Virus record (IMG/VR): IMGVR_UViG_3300031951_000076
Location: 24,671-88,670 of that record
DNA from: a virus
Length of the DNA stretch: 64,000 bases
Direction: 5' to 3' (one strand)
Positions 1-11,200 of the stretch are shown one piece after another. How positions within the stretch are numbered: position 1 is the first letter of the stretch; every line of letters starts with the position of its first letter. The notes under the pieces are model-generated. The model ran no database searches. It saw only the letters and a list, made by a program, of their open reading frames with translations, and was not told where the DNA came from. The translations under genes were made by a program, and so were the position numbers.

Positions 1-3000
1 ATAGCGTCTGTATTGGATGACATTTTAATCACAGGGTTAGCAAAATACACCCAATCACCATCTTTGTTTTTAGAAGGAATACCTTCTTCTACATATGTCA
101 TTGCATTCTGCATGATGTATTCATTATACGTCATGGGTGTAATTTTCACTTCATTGTTTTGTATTGTAACAAAAGGTACTTTTTTAGTGTTATTGATACC
201 AACAAGATTAGGATTTCTTGGATCAGTAAATTTAACTGTTGTTAAAAGATTTTGCATCAAAGAAATAACATTACCAGGAAGTTCACTAGATAAAACAATT
301 GGTTTACCATCGTTATTGAACCATTCACCATCTGCAGTTTTTACTTGCAAATATAAATGTCCTTGTGCTGTAATATTAAGTCTTGCTAATCCATTAGCTA
401 CATCACTACCGTTACCAATTTCAGAAAGCTGTTCCTTTTTAAGACGTGTAATAAATTGATCAACATATCTTTGTAACACTCCAATATCAGGTTTACCTTC
501 TGACATTTCCATACCTAAAGCTTTGTAAATTCCTTCAACAAGCTTAGGATTCATTGTTTCACCTACAAATGCTTTCCAAGCTTCAATTATAAGCTTAGCT
601 TTATTCTCACTCACCTTTGGAAGTTTAACATATGTAGGAAAAAATGTACCACGAGGTGTTGGTAATAACAAAACAGATACACCACTTTGGTTATCTATTT
701 CTTCTGTAAATGATTTTGTATTTTCAACTTTATCAATAACTACACCTGCATCTACTTGTAGCTCACCATTTTTTACAATAGCAAACATTCCATGGCGATT
801 GTCAGTTCCACCATCTGCTATTTTTGGATTAACTCTATCTTTAATTACACCAGGATCTGTTGTATTTCTTAAGATACCTATTGACTTTCCTTCAACTATT
901 CCATTCATTTCAAAACTTGGATCATTGTTAAAATTATCCAGTATAAATTTACGAAATTTTTGATTCTTTGCAACTTCTTCTTTTACCACGGTCGGCAAGT
1001 CCATATCTAACTGATCTTCAGGAACAACAATATTTACATACTTGTTAAATATTTTATGGTTAATCCACTGTGGTTCATGGAATGTTCCAATAAGTTTTTC
1101 TTTACCTTCTATTGTAGCATATACACCAATTGGAGCATAGTCATACATTTCAGGATTAACTTTTCCATCTGGACCAAAAATGTTTCCAGCATCATAAACA
1201 TCCCCAGTTATTCTATTTGTTACAGTTGGGAAATCTTTTGTCATCACTCTATAAGTCAGTGACGAACCTTCAGGAAAGTTTCCTGTCGCAATATCAAAAA
1301 CATAGTTTGTATTTACACCAGTTCTAACTTGCGTAACTACATCACCAGTAACTCTAAATTCAGCTATATCAGTTGTATTAGCTAATGAGTTACTTGGAGC
1401 AGTTTGTCTTCTTCCTTCTTGATAAGTTACATTAGCTGTATTATTATCAGACCTTGATGATTGTAATCCTGTTGTATCAAAACGATTATTCTGAACAAAG
1501 TCTCTAACCGCAGATGGATCATCTTCAATAAACTCAGAATATCTAATTTTATATGTACCGTTTTCAAGTTTTCCTAAAAAGTCATCAATCAAAGCTTTAT
1601 CAAAACTAGTTTCACCTGCATTATTAGTAACAATGTAGTTTACTGCTTTACCAGGAATAACAGATGCTATTTTGTATATATTACCTTGATCATCTGTAAA
1701 CTCATTATTTACTTGTATTTGATCAAAATAATTAATTTCAACATCAGGTTTTGGTTCTGCTTTCTTTAAACTACTTGCTTCTACAAATCTTTTAACACCA
1801 TCAGATGCAACTAGTGGATTACCTTCTAAATCTTTTAAATGATAAACCACTCTACCATCTTGTGTTTTAGTTATTTCAGCTACGGTATATTCTTTATCTT
1901 CAAAAACAACATTGTCATCTATTTTATATTCTTCTGTTTTTGGTTTTGGACCACCTTTTAATCTTTCATATCGCTGTCTTTCAAATTTACCGCTTGTTTT
2001 TTCCCATATTTCATAAGGCGGTGTTTCTCTATCTGCAGCATCATTTGACGCTTTAACCTTATTATATTGTTGTTGTAAATATTCTTCAACAGTATTAGGT
2101 ATTTCTTGTCCTTCAACGTCTTTTGCACGTTTAAGTTTACCTGTTTTTAAATTATCTAAAAATTCTTCTTCAGTAAATCCAATATTATCATCAGTTCCAT
2201 CTAACGCATTTAATAAAATTAAATCACCTAATGGAGCTATATCATATTTTTTACCATTAAAAATATAATTTTCTGTAAAATCAATTCCTGAAGTTTCTGT
2301 TTGTTGCTGCTGTTGACCTTGTTGACCTTGCTGTTGTTGACTTTCTAACTCTTTTCTTCTTTTTTCTTCTTCTTCTTTTTTCTTTTCTTGTTCAATTTCT
2401 TCTAAAAACTTTGCTCTCATTACAACAAGATCATCAGTTATTAATTTTTCATTAATAGCCATATCAATAATCTCGCGCTTAGAGTAATTTTCAATTTCTT
2501 CTTCTGTTAATCCATTTTCTTTTAAAAGTCTAGCAGCAGATGTATAAATGTTATCACTTAGATATTCATCCACTTTATAAAATATATCATCTAAAACAGA
2601 TGGTTTAAGCTCAAGATTAAATACTCTTTTAAAGAAATCACTAAGTGCATCTACAAATTCAACCCAAAGTGATTTTTTTCCTGTTAATCCAGGTACTGAT
2701 GTTAGCTCTTTCTGAAACTCTGGATTAGAATAAGCCTCAGCTAAAAATTCTTGAATGTTTGTAAAACCATAATAACTAGTATCAATACCTCTATCTTCTA
2801 AGGTTTTCTTAGCGTAGTTGTAAAGTTTTTCTATATCTCTTGTAAACTTGCTGTTATAAGCAAGCTCATCACTAGTTAAAAGGTGAATAATCTCATGAAG
2901 CATAACGCCCTCAAATGACATTTTACCTTCATGTAAATCAGGATCAATCGTTATTGTATTACTACCTAATGTGTAAAAAGCTGGAGCTATAGTTTGATTT

Positions 3001-5930
3001 CTATCAAATTTTACTTTTGCGTCATCTTTTATACTATCATACAAGCGAGCTAAAGCCATTCTTAGATAAGGATCTATATATGGATTTGCTGCCATTTTTT
3101 GTATCATCGGTTTAAGAGCAACAGTCTCGCCATCTTGTACATCATAGTATTCCATTATATCTTCTGCAATCCTATCATCATCTTTCATTCTATACAAGAA
3201 AGTGGCGTTTGTTCCTTTTTTTACCCAAGATGTACCTTCTTCATATTTTTTACCTTTTCTTTCTTCTCTTCTTTTTTTTCTTTCTTCATCTGTAAACCTT
3301 TGACTCTTACCTCTTTCTGCACGATCAGCTATTTCATTAAAAGGTTTTACAATTACATTATCAATATATTCTTTAAAGTTAGCAGCACCGTTTTTAGTAT
3401 CAGCATACTTTGCCCATTCTAATCCAAGTTGTCTAATTTGATTTTGTAACTGACTTGATCTTTGTTGTCTACTATATAATTTGTTCCTTAAAATAACATT
3501 TTGTACTTGATTTCTATTTGCTTTTTCATACTGATACAAACCATCTGGACCTTTTTTAATTGTCTTTAATGCTTCTGGATTATCTTTCTTTAAGGTGTCT
3601 AATTCTTTTTGAAGTTCGTTTAATACTGTTTTAGCTAAAGCTTTTTCAATAGGTTTTTTATCACTAATCTCCATTCCTTCAATATAATCCTTTTGAGAAT
3701 CAATTCTTAATTGTAAATCATTTAATTGATCTGCAAGATCATCTGATAAACCTATATCTTCTTTAGCTATTTGATTAAGCATTTCATTTTTAAACTCATT
3801 ATTATCAGCTGTTGTTTCATTTACAAGATTTCTATATATTGCAAGTCTAGTTGCAAGCTCAGTCATTTTGTTTTTTCTAGCCTCTTCTTCAGGAAGCATT
3901 CTTCCACGCCAGTCTTTTTTAAATATAATATCATCGTTCAAAATTTTATTTTGAGCGATCATTTGTTTAGTTAAATTTTTATATTTTTCAATTTGTTGTG
4001 GTGTAGTTTCATCAGGAGTAAAACCTAATTTAGCAAGCTCACCTGCATCAGTTCTTCCAACAGCATCAAGTTTACCAAGTAGTGTATTTTCTAAACCTAA
4101 TTGAATATGTGCATTTACAAATTGAGCAAAGGCACTATCTCTTAATAAATCTCTATGAAATTTATTTTCTACAGTGTTTGCAGCTTCAATAGCGCTATTT
4201 ACATTATTAAAATTGTTAGCAACATTAAAAAGCTTACTTTGATTAATTGTTGGTTTACCTTTTTCGTCCAAAATAATTTGCTCTTCTGATACCTCATTAC
4301 CATCTTTGTCTTTAGTTGTTACCATTTTTGTTTCAAAAATGTTACCAAACTTTAACCAGTTTTGTTGGGCTTCATTATAAAACTTTACAGCTGCTTTAGT
4401 AAACTCATCATTTCTTTTTGCTTGTTTAAGTTCACTATAAACACTCATCCCTCCACCTAAAATACCACCTAAACCAATACTTATAGATGCTTCAGGATCT
4501 TTACCTGTAACAGCATTTAATGTTTGATTCCAGTATTGATTAGCTAAAGATTTAACATCTTTAAGTTCAGCCATCTTACCTTCAACGCCAAATTTTTCAT
4601 TAACTCTTTGAATAGCTAACTGAGCATTTTCTTCTACAAAACCTTCCATCAAAGTACCTTTACCTAAAGCAGTAAGAAAAATTCCTGGTTTACTATTTAA
4701 AAGTTTACCTATACCTGTATTAGATAATTCATATGCTAATTCATCACCTAACCTAGTACCTCCCATTAAACCTTTTGAAATAGGTTTAGTAGCAGCTTTA
4801 CCCCACATGCTATTCAGCAACTTTAATTCCCATAAATTTGTCGCAGATAGTATAGCCGCATTTGCCATGAATGTTTCTTTCATGTGACTAGCAGCTATTA
4901 ACTTTTTTTCTTCTTTTGTATAAGGTAATCCAGTGTTTGGGTTAATTCTTAAAAAACCTCTTTCATCTGTAGTTAAACCTTTTTCAATATTTTTACCTAC
5001 TTCAGTGGTTTCAAACATAGATTCACCACCTACAGAAAGAGCCCATTGTGAAACTCTATCTAAACGATTAGCCCAAATAGATTGTGCCTTTGTTAAATAA
5101 TTTTGTACAGACGCTGCTCCTTCAATTGCATTATTAGCTGCACCTGCCCCTAATTTATAACCTGATAAACCTCTTGCTATTTTTTCTCCAACACCTAATC
5201 TAGAAAATGCCATACCAGGAGCAAAAGCTGACACCATAAAAGCAACACCATCTGTAAAATCATTTGTCCAAAAATTTAAATCATGTGTTGCTCTCCACCA
5301 AAAGCCTGCACCTTGTGCTTCAGCTTTTTCATACACAGGAAGCCAATCATTTTTTAGTTGTTCATCTAAATGACCAAAAACTTGAGCCATTGCATTTTGA
5401 GATGCATTTTGGATGTAATTATCTCCCCAGTTAGTTGGGTCTATCAGCCCTAAAAGAAAACCTGTATTTTGACCTATTTTAAATCCAGTAGACAAAGGAA
5501 GTCTAAGTAAACCTTTACCTAAATTAGCCCATACACTTTCATTTTGAGCCATCCAATCTTCATTATTTCTATCATATTGAAAGTTAGGACCTATTCTTTT
5601 ACCTGGCTCAAAACCACTATCATCATATCTACGTACTTCTGATAATGGTGTTTTAAAAGGTTCTGTACTAATACCAGATCTTGCAAATTGATCTGTGCGT
5701 TCTACGTATTGTCTTGCAGCAACAAAAGCAGCACTCATATTAATAGTGGTACTATCTGTAGTGAGATCAGGAATTTTACCAAACTTACTCTCACTAGTTA
5801 ATGCTTCAAGATTTAGTATTCTTTTAGAAGAATCATCAAATTTGTCTAAATTTGATAAATCGTCAAGTGTTAAATCAAGATTTAAATCTTTAACCGATGT
5901 ATTTGATACATAGTCGTTAAATGCTGACAT
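1..5930 (-). CDS. Giant virion cargo/ejection protein (partial, >1970 aa, runs off the left edge) with internal zincin metallopeptidase domain; crAss-like giant cargo/vRNAP-cluster protein
   Basis: Not in the ORF track because it has no stop in the window. ATG at 5928-5930 (MSAFNDYVSN...). Segments I translated by hand are in one frame: hydrophobic/Gly-rich stretches (GVAFMVSAFAPG, SIGLGGILGGGM), EGFVEENAQ, and HEIIH at 2883-2897 followed by YYGFTNIQEFLAEAYSNPEF. Lies at the end of the cargo-gene run. Confidence 0.8.
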   Translation of the reverse strand, partial: MSAFNDYVSNTSVKDLNLDLTLDDLSNLDKFDDSSKRILNLEALTSESKFGKIPDLTTDSTTINMSAAFVAARQYVERTDQFARSGISTEPFKTPLSEVRRYDDSGFEPGKRIGPNFQYDRNNEDWMAQNESVWANLGKGLLRLPLSTGFKIGQNTGFLLGLIDPTNWGDNYIQNASQNAMAQVFGHLDEQLKNDWLPVYEKAEAQGAGFWWRATHDLNFWTNDFTDGVAFMVSAFAPGMAFSRLGVGEKIARGLSGYKLGAGAANNAIEGAASVQNYLTKAQSIWANRLDRVSQWALSVGGESMFETTEVGKNIEKGLTTDERGFLRINPNTGLPYTKEEKKLIAASHMKETFMANAAILSATNLWELKLLNSMWGKAATKPISKGLMGGTRLGDELAYELSNTGIGKLLNSKPGIFLTALGKGTLMEGFVEENAQLAIQRVNEKFGVEGKMAELKDVKSLANQYWNQTLNAVTGKDPEASISIGLGGILGGGMSVYSELKQAKRNDEFTKAAVKFYNEAQQNWLKFGNIFETKMVTTKDKDGNEVSEEQIILDEKGKPTINQSKLFNVANNFNNVNSAIEAANTVENKFHRDLLRDSAFAQFVNAHIQLGLENTLLGKLDAVGRTDAGELAKLGFTPDETTPQQIEKYKNLTKQMIAQNKILNDDIIFKKDWRGRMLPEEEARKNKMTELATRLAIYRNLVNETTADNNEFKNEMLNQIAKEDIGLSDDLADQLNDLQLRIDSQKDYIEGMEISDKKPIEKALAKTVLNELQKELDTLKKDNPEALKTIKKGPDGLYQYEKANRNQVQNVILRNKLYSRQQRSSQLQNQIRQLGLEWAKYADTKNGAANFKEYIDNVIVKPFNEIADRAERGKSQRFTDEERKKRREERKGKKYEEGTSWVKKGTNATFLYRMKDDDRIAEDIMEYYDVQDGETVALKPMIQKMAANPYIDPYLRMALARLYDSIKDDAKVKFDRNQTIAPAFYTLGSNTITIDPDLHEGKMSFEGVMLHEIIHLLTSDELAYNSKFTRDIEKLYNYAKKTLEDRGIDTSYYGFTNIQEFLAEAYSNPEFQKELTSVPGLTGKKSLWVEFVDALSDFFKRVFNLELKPSVLDDIFYKVDEYLSDNIYTSAARLLKENGLTEEEIENYSKREIIDMAINEKLITDDLVVMRAKFLEEIEQEKKKEEEEKRRKELESQQQQGQQGQQQQQTETSGIDFTENYIFNGKKYDIAPLGDLILLNALDGTDDNIGFTEEEFLDNLKTGKLKRAKDVEGQEIPNTVEEYLQQQYNKVKASNDAADRETPPYEIWEKTSGKFERQRYERLKGGPKPKTEEYKIDDNVVFEDKEYTVAEITKTQDGRVVYHLKDLEGNPLVASDGVKRFVEASSLKKAEPKPDVEINYFDQIQVNNEFTDDQGNIYKIASVIPGKAVNYIVTNNAGETSFDKALIDDFLGKLENGTYKIRYSEFIEDDPSAVRDFVQNNRFDTTGLQSSRSDNNTANVTYQEGRRQTAPSNSLANTTDIAEFRVTGDVVTQVRTGVNTNYVFDIATGNFPEGSSLTYRVMTKDFPTVTNRITGDVYDAGNIFGPDGKVNPEMYDYAPIGVYATIEGKEKLIGTFHEPQWINHKIFNKYVNIVVPEDQLDMDLPTVVKEEVAKNQKFRKFILDNFNNDPSFEMNGIVEGKSIGILRNTTDPGVIKDRVNPKIADGGTDNRHGMFAIVKNGELQVDAGVVIDKVENTKSFTEEIDNQSGVSVLLLPTPRGTFFPTYVKLPKVSENKAKLIIEAWKAFVGETMNPKLVEGIYKALGMEMSEGKPDIGVLQRYVDQFITRLKKEQLSEIGNGSDVANGLARLNITAQGHLYLQVKTADGEWFNNDGKPIVLSSELPGNVISLMQNLLTTVKFTDPRNPNLVGINNTKKVPFVTIQNNEVKITPMTYNEYIMQNAMTYVEEGIPSKNKDGDWVYFANPVIKMSSNTDA

Positions 5931-5967
5931 TAGTTTTGCAATTTATTAGTATTTTAATTTACAGTTT

Positions 5968-8220
5968 TTATTTTTGTACTGGTGGATTCATTAATACTTG
6001 AAGTTCTTTAAAGGTGTAATTTTCACAAAGAAATTTAACAGTGCGACCAAAGTCTTCAACTGACTTAAGTGGTTCAAACCCAGGACCACCTGATGTTATC
6101 ATCTCTCCTTTATTATTTTTTAAATAGTATAAGTTTTCACCAGCTTTAACACCACTGAATTTTATATTATAACCATCTTTTGTTCTATCAAGGTATAAAA
6201 ATTCTTCAGGTTGACCTTTATATACTTTAGATCCAATTCTATGTAGCAGTCTTCTTTGATCATAATCAAATCCATAAAAAGGATCAAACTTCTGTAAAGA
6301 CTGAGCACCTGCGTTAAGAATTTTTACCTCACCTGTTTTATCATTATATTGATAATTACCTTTACCAACTCTAGCCTCAAGAGAAGCTTTTAATTGTGTT
6401 ACACTAATTGTTGATTTGTTTGGATCTAATTGAACATTGAATGAAACATCTACACCGTTAGCTGTTGGACTAAAAATAAGCCCTCCTCCAATTTGTGAAG
6501 CATCAATACCACTCATAGTTGCAGCAGCACTAACTGCTTCAGCATATCTTTTATCTGCTGGGTTCAAACCATACGATTGATATGTTGTCGCAACTTTTGT
6601 ATAATTTGGATCTTGATATTTACCTAAATATGTATTATATGCAGTATTAAGTTGATTATATAGTTGTGTTTCCTGATCAGTTAATTTCATCCCTTTATTA
6701 AGTCTTGTTTGTAAAATTGTCAATGCGTCAAATTGTTTACGACCCATATTATTTACAATAAAACTTTGAGCGTTTGTTTTAAAATTTTTCAAATTTTCTA
6801 CACTTACATTATATAACGCTGATTTTTTTGTAAATTTTAAAACAAGCTCATCTTGTGGATGTTCTCTTACATATTTAGAAAATGCTTTTTGTGTTAAAAC
6901 AGTTCCTGCAGGTAGTGATAATTTTATATGATTTTCTAATTCAGTTTGAGCAGTTGTTACCTCATTTACCATTCGATAAACATCATTTTTAGCACCTTGA
7001 AAGTTATTAAGTTCAGGTGTAGATGACCCACCTTTTATAGGTATATATGGTAAACTACCTTCATTATTTTTAAGACCCAGTTTATATAATTCATGCTCCC
7101 AGTCTTCCTTACGATCTTCTAATTCCCAATTTCTTTTGGTGTACATTCTACTAGTTTCCTGTGCTTCTCTATAAAACATCATAGCAACTTGGTTAAAATC
7201 AACATCTTGTTCAACATCAAAATGAGCATAACCTTTAGCTAATCTTTGTATTTCTTCATTATAAAAAATACCAAAAGATAAATTTTCTGCATTTCTTCTT
7301 ACAAACGTCATATCACCAGTTCCAGAAAAATTATTATCCATCTGGGTTTTCTGGTTAGCATAAGCATCTCTTTCTTTAATAAGCTGATCTTTTTTTGTAG
7401 GATCTTTTTCATTACGAATATCTACATCAAGTTCAAGTATTTTCATCTGTAAAGGTGCTTGAACAGGAGCTAATGCATCTGAATAAGCTTTACCTAATAC
7501 ATCTAAGTTATTACCATATTTTACAGCACCATCAATTCTCATTTGTGTTTTAGCCTGATCAGAAAGAACAGCATCTAAATAATTTGAGATTTCTCCTGGC
7601 AAATAACTTTTATCATCCACCTTTTCTACATAAAAACCATTTATTTTAACTGTTTTTGTATGAGACGGTTTAAATTCTTTCATACGTTCTGCCACCTCTT
7701 TCTTGTAATCATAATAAGGTGTATAGGATCTCTTCATACCATAATATTCTTTCCAAGACTCTGGACCATCATTAGCAAAATAATTCTTTTGTTGATTTAT
7801 ATAATCAATATTATTTTGATGAAAAAATTTACCTCCCTCCTGTAGACGGTAACTATTACCAATAGAGACCTGTCTGTTCCAATGCTCAGTTAATGACTGA
7901 TCACCAACAACATCAAAGTTGTTGTAAAATGGAGCAAATACATTTTTAGCAGCATTAACATTTTGAACTTGAGACAAATCCATTTTAGACAAGTTCTTAA
8001 GATTATCTTTTGCTTGCTTTAAAAATTGCTCTTTTACTTTTGCATTATATGGGTTAGTTGTTTCCCTATTAACAAAATTGTAAGTGGAGTTTATTTGTGC
8101 AAAGCCCTGGTCATACAATGCTTTTCTTCTCTGAAGCATTTTGTCCATGAACGAAAAGTCAGGCGTAAATAACGCTGGTTCAGGAAAGACGTCAGTGACA
8201 TTTGGTAAATAAGTAGCCAT
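5968..8220 (-). CDS. Putative virion cargo/ejection protein (750 aa, helical/coiled-coil)
   Basis: Long ORF between cargo genes; N-terminal FTPDFSF segment followed by helical regions; assignment mainly by synteny. Confidence 0.65.
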   Translation of the reverse strand: MATYLPNVTDVFPEPALFTPDFSFMDKMLQRRKALYDQGFAQINSTYNFVNRETTNPYNAKVKEQFLKQAKDNLKNLSKMDLSQVQNVNAAKNVFAPFYNNFDVVGDQSLTEHWNRQVSIGNSYRLQEGGKFFHQNNIDYINQQKNYFANDGPESWKEYYGMKRSYTPYYDYKKEVAERMKEFKPSHTKTVKINGFYVEKVDDKSYLPGEISNYLDAVLSDQAKTQMRIDGAVKYGNNLDVLGKAYSDALAPVQAPLQMKILELDVDIRNEKDPTKKDQLIKERDAYANQKTQMDNNFSGTGDMTFVRRNAENLSFGIFYNEEIQRLAKGYAHFDVEQDVDFNQVAMMFYREAQETSRMYTKRNWELEDRKEDWEHELYKLGLKNNEGSLPYIPIKGGSSTPELNNFQGAKNDVYRMVNEVTTAQTELENHIKLSLPAGTVLTQKAFSKYVREHPQDELVLKFTKKSALYNVSVENLKNFKTNAQSFIVNNMGRKQFDALTILQTRLNKGMKLTDQETQLYNQLNTAYNTYLGKYQDPNYTKVATTYQSYGLNPADKRYAEAVSAAATMSGIDASQIGGGLIFSPTANGVDVSFNVQLDPNKSTISVTQLKASLEARVGKGNYQYNDKTGEVKILNAGAQSLQKFDPFYGFDYDQRRLLHRIGSKVYKGQPEEFLYLDRTKDGYNIKFSGVKAGENLYYLKNNKGEMITSGGPGFEPLKSVEDFGRTVKFLCENYTFKELQVLMNPPVQK

Positions 8221-8276
8221 ATTATATATATAAGATAATTAAAAATATTTAAAGTTTAAAATTAAACTTTTAAAGT

Positions 8277-11200
8277 TTAACCCATTAGACCTTGGTAATC
8301 TGATAGTATTTGTCTCCTTCTTGAATCTTTATCTTTTTTATCAGAATTATTAATCATATTCCAAGCTTCTTCTTCAGCTTTTTTATCAGAAAGACCTCTT
8401 TCCATTAAGTCTCCTTTTAATTTAGAAAAACCTTCTAAAGTATAACTACCTGAACTCGCACCAAAATCATCCCAATCTTGACCAGCATACTCATTGTAGT
8501 AGGATCTTCCTGTTAAAGGATCTACAGGATACATTTGGTTTACATTATTTAGTAAGCCAAGATACATTCTATTTTTCCAAGCTTGTCCAAACGCTTTTGC
8601 ATTTGTATTTAAATAAGCACGTCTTGCATTATCGTAGTTTTGATTTAACAAGACATTCTTATCCCAAAGCTCTTGTGATCTTCCTATATTAGCTGCTGTA
8701 TTTCTTTCTCTTCTTTGAGCTTCATTTTGAGCAAATTCTTTTGCAATAGCAACATTTTTTGAATCTATTTCTGCAATATCACTAACTACACCTTCTGCTT
8801 GCTGAGCTTGCAAGTTAGCTAAATTTGCGCCAACAGCTGAACTTGGAGAATATGTATTTAATATTTCCCACATCTTATTCATTTGACTTTGTCTTTGATG
8901 GGCTCTTGCTTTCCAATCTTCTAAAACAAGATCAGCAGGTTCAAATGGTAATTGCTGAGACCATGGGAAATATTTTCTTGGTGGTACAGCAGCAGCTGCA
9001 GCCATTGTTACTAAATCAGGTGTCATATACTGAAATGGCATTTGAATATTTTTGCCATCAAATGTACCTGCTCCTTTATAACAAGCTTTCTGTGCTTCAG
9101 CATAAGATGAATATACAGTTAGACCTGTATGTGTTGCTGCATTATAAACAGCAGGTCCTTGATCAGTACATACATATTGTTTTGCTTGAGTGTTTGTAGT
9201 GATAGCAGGAGGTTGATATTTAAATTGATCAAGATGTTCAAGACCAATTTTCTTATCATCTTTCATTTCTTTTCTATAATCACTTGCTTCAAATGTTTTA
9301 GCAAAAGCAGGATAGAATACATTATTAAAAAAGTCAGGATCTGTATATAGCTTTTTAACATCTTTTAATTGTTCATCTGTATATTTAGTATGATCAATTA
9401 AAAGATTCTTAAAGAATATTCTTCTTTTTTGAATATCACTCATACCCTTTAATGTATTTGGATCAGGATAGAGTGCTCTTAACACTTTATTCTCAAACAT
9501 TTGTGGAGTTACACCACCAAAAAATCCAACTTTCTCATCTTGACCTTTTGCATCTTTTTGAACCCATGTAAGACCTTCTGTAGAGTTTTGCGTAATTTGA
9601 TAACCTTTGATTGGTGTACCTTTATCATCTGTTTCATCATCATGTTGTAAACCAAAATAAGTAATTAACGCTGCTAATTCATTTGCTTCATCTTCTGTAA
9701 GATTTGATACATAATATTTACCACCTTCAGCTTTTGCTTTTTTAGCAAGAAGTTCTTGCATTTTTGCATATTTAGGATCTTTTAAGCTTGCTTTTTTATC
9801 AGGTGTTTTTGATTGATCATAGTAACCAGGAGCTTGTGTTGTAGTTGGATCAACAACAGTTAGACCACCTCTTATATACATACCCAATCTAGAAACAGAT
9901 CCACCTCTACGCATTGGAGGTTCTTGACCCATTTGTTGTTCTTGAGAAGGTGCCATAGGTGCTTGTTGATTATCTTCTTGATTAACAACTTCTTTTGAAG
10001 GTCCTTCCATTTCTGCAAGTTCAGGCATAATGTTTTTAACAACATCAGGTATACCTTGTGGGAAACCTTTCATTTGTTCTTGTATCAAAGCAAGCTGAGC
10101 AAGTTTCTTTTGATATGTTTTAACCATTAATTGAGCTGTAGATTTTTTAAGCTCATCTGCATTTTTATCTTCAATTACTGCTTTATATTTATTTATATCA
10201 TACTTTTTAGCAATCTCAGCTGGTGTGTATCCTTTTTTACTAGGAGGCATTCCAAACATCTTAAGAATCTTTTCATCTTTGATTCTTAATTTTTCTGTAT
10301 CAGAAAATATAAAACTACCTTCTGGAACATTTAATGGTGTACCACCTTCAGTGTGTCTTTTACCACCAATAAGCATATGTTCCAAAGCACCATCACCATC
10401 TACATCACCAAAAATTGTTTCATCTTTTTCAGCTTCAATATTGGCTTTTGATCTAGGTACAGGTTTTAAAGTTTTAGACAATGTCTCGGATTTCTCAGGT
10501 GGCATGTCTGTATAAATTCTTTTTTGACCAAGATTCAATCCATAACCTAGCTGCCCACTGTACGTCATAGGTTGACCACCTGTAGCAAAAAACCAACCTT
10601 GTTTTTTATTACCAGGCTGTTGGGTCATACCATATGGATTATATTTTTTTCTATAATAATCCTCAAACATACCATACCCAGGTTTATTTATATTTCTCAT
10701 TAAATCATATGCATTTAATAAATTTGTTCTAAGTCCTTCGTTAGGATCTCTTGGTCTAAATTGTTCTAAATTTTTATTATACTCTTCTAATTGAGAAATA
10801 TCATCTACGGAATTAATACCACCAAAATTCATTTGGTTTAAACCATCATCAATAATTCTAATTTTTATTTTTTTCATATTACTAGTTATAGGTGTACCAC
10901 CATGTTTAACTACATTACTTGGTTGAAAAATAGGATTTGTATACATACCTTTACTTTTAAAACCTCGTTTGTCTGGTTTATATTCTCCTGTTAATCCAAA
11001 AACATCTCCTTTATCTGGCTCTTTAGCAGTTAAAGAATTATCAAGCAATTTAGTTTCGGCCCACCATTTGTTAAATTTTTTTTGTTGCTTTCTATCTGTA
11101 AAATAATCTATAATAGGTTGTGCAATAAGTGCAGTACCTAATATATTTTTAGATGTTCTTTCCATCCATGTACCTGGCTTATCTTTTTTTTGCTTTTTTT

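Noticed and set aside
13-5913. Short plus-strand ORFs in the first 6 kb
   Set aside because: Antisense to the giant minus-strand ORF.
10392-10412. DVDGD in the 1125 aa protein as an RNA polymerase DxDGD catalytic motif
   Set aside because: No double-psi beta-barrel context; looks like a DxDxDG loop inside the cargo-protein motif.
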